Shown in pieces: positions 62,659 through 62,879 of a DNA stretch of 62,879 bases (position 1 is the first letter of the stretch; each line of letters starts with the position of its first letter). Both the position numbers and the translations under genes were made by a program. The stretch lies in assembly GCA_041666845.1 (NCBI GenBank), contig JBAYGC010000008.1, positions 1 through 62,879 of the forward strand, given 5' to 3'. The notes under the pieces were generated by a model. The model searched no databases. It was not told where the DNA came from and was given only the letters and a program-made list of their open reading frames with translations. This stretch comes from Patescibacteria group bacterium (GTDB lineage: Bacteria > Patescibacteriota > Patescibacteriia > UM-FILTER-42-10).

Positions 62659-62879
62659 GCGGTAGCATATTAAAACAAAAATCACCGAGTGTTGCTGGAG
62701 CGCACAAGGCACAAGATATAAATAATAAAACCCGAGCAAAGGAGTAGCGCAGGAGAGCGTATGCTCGACGAGCACGCCTTTGCGAGGAGAGAGGGACGCG
62801 AACGGAGATCGGAATTTGTTCGGAACATCAGTTCCGGACAAATGTAGGTCGCAGTTCGCGATCACTCGACGCGGGGTAG

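Noticed and set aside
1-62879. CRISPR arrays, rRNA genes, prophage blocks, toxin-antitoxin pairs or known defence systems.
   Set aside because: I saw no regularly spaced direct repeats, no cas-like, integrase, capsid or terminase ORFs, and no rRNA signature strings. The only mobile-element enzyme is the RAYT-type transposase.

Overview
This is a low-GC, gene-dense bacterial chromosome segment. Hand counts give about 37% GC in ordinary coding DNA, for example 22/60 at 30001-30060. Most genes lie on the minus strand. Several traits suggest a Patescibacteria/CPR-like small-genome bacterium, though this is inference only: Asn/Thr-rich linkers, giant Cys-rich surface proteins anchored by a two-helix pilin-like N-terminus, three DsbA paralogs, and split comEC and topA.

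Clear housekeeping genes are rplT, lgt, glmS, prfB (with the classic +1 frameshift), an HtrA protease, ftsZ, ftsA, dgkA, ybeY, rpsU, hisS, lepB, an LCP protein, der, pth, mfd, dprA, topA, rel, parB and parA. There are four canonical tRNAs: Asp-GTC, Val-CAC, Lys-CTT and Leu-CAA.

Observations that stand out:
1. Three GC-rich (58-75% on sampled lines) single-ORF orphan cassettes sit in housekeeping intergenic gaps; a possible fourth is cut by the window end. Each has its own near-consensus promoter with a 17-bp spacer, a long hairpin-rich leader and its own terminator. Two encode secreted proteins.
2. A REP-like palindrome family (GTAG..GCGAAT-N4-ATTCGC..CCTAC) occurs with a RAYT-type Y1 transposase. 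The transposase gene itself carries an in-frame REP doublet, and the other copies cluster next to the GC-rich cassettes.
3. Two tRNA-like genes with collapsed anticodon loops and no encoded CCA flank tRNA-Lys. Next to them is a roughly 420-nt ORF-free, highly structured segment with RNase P RNA-like motifs.
4. There are two orphan giant-protein loci (about 1776-1807 aa and 1934 aa) with small partner genes.
5. GIY-YIG genes sit next to tRNAs; one is a pseudogene associated with a 20-nt duplication of the tRNA-Leu 5' end.

I saw no CRISPR array, rRNA gene or recognisable defence system. Everything here comes from reading the sequence and ORF track by eye; no searches were run.
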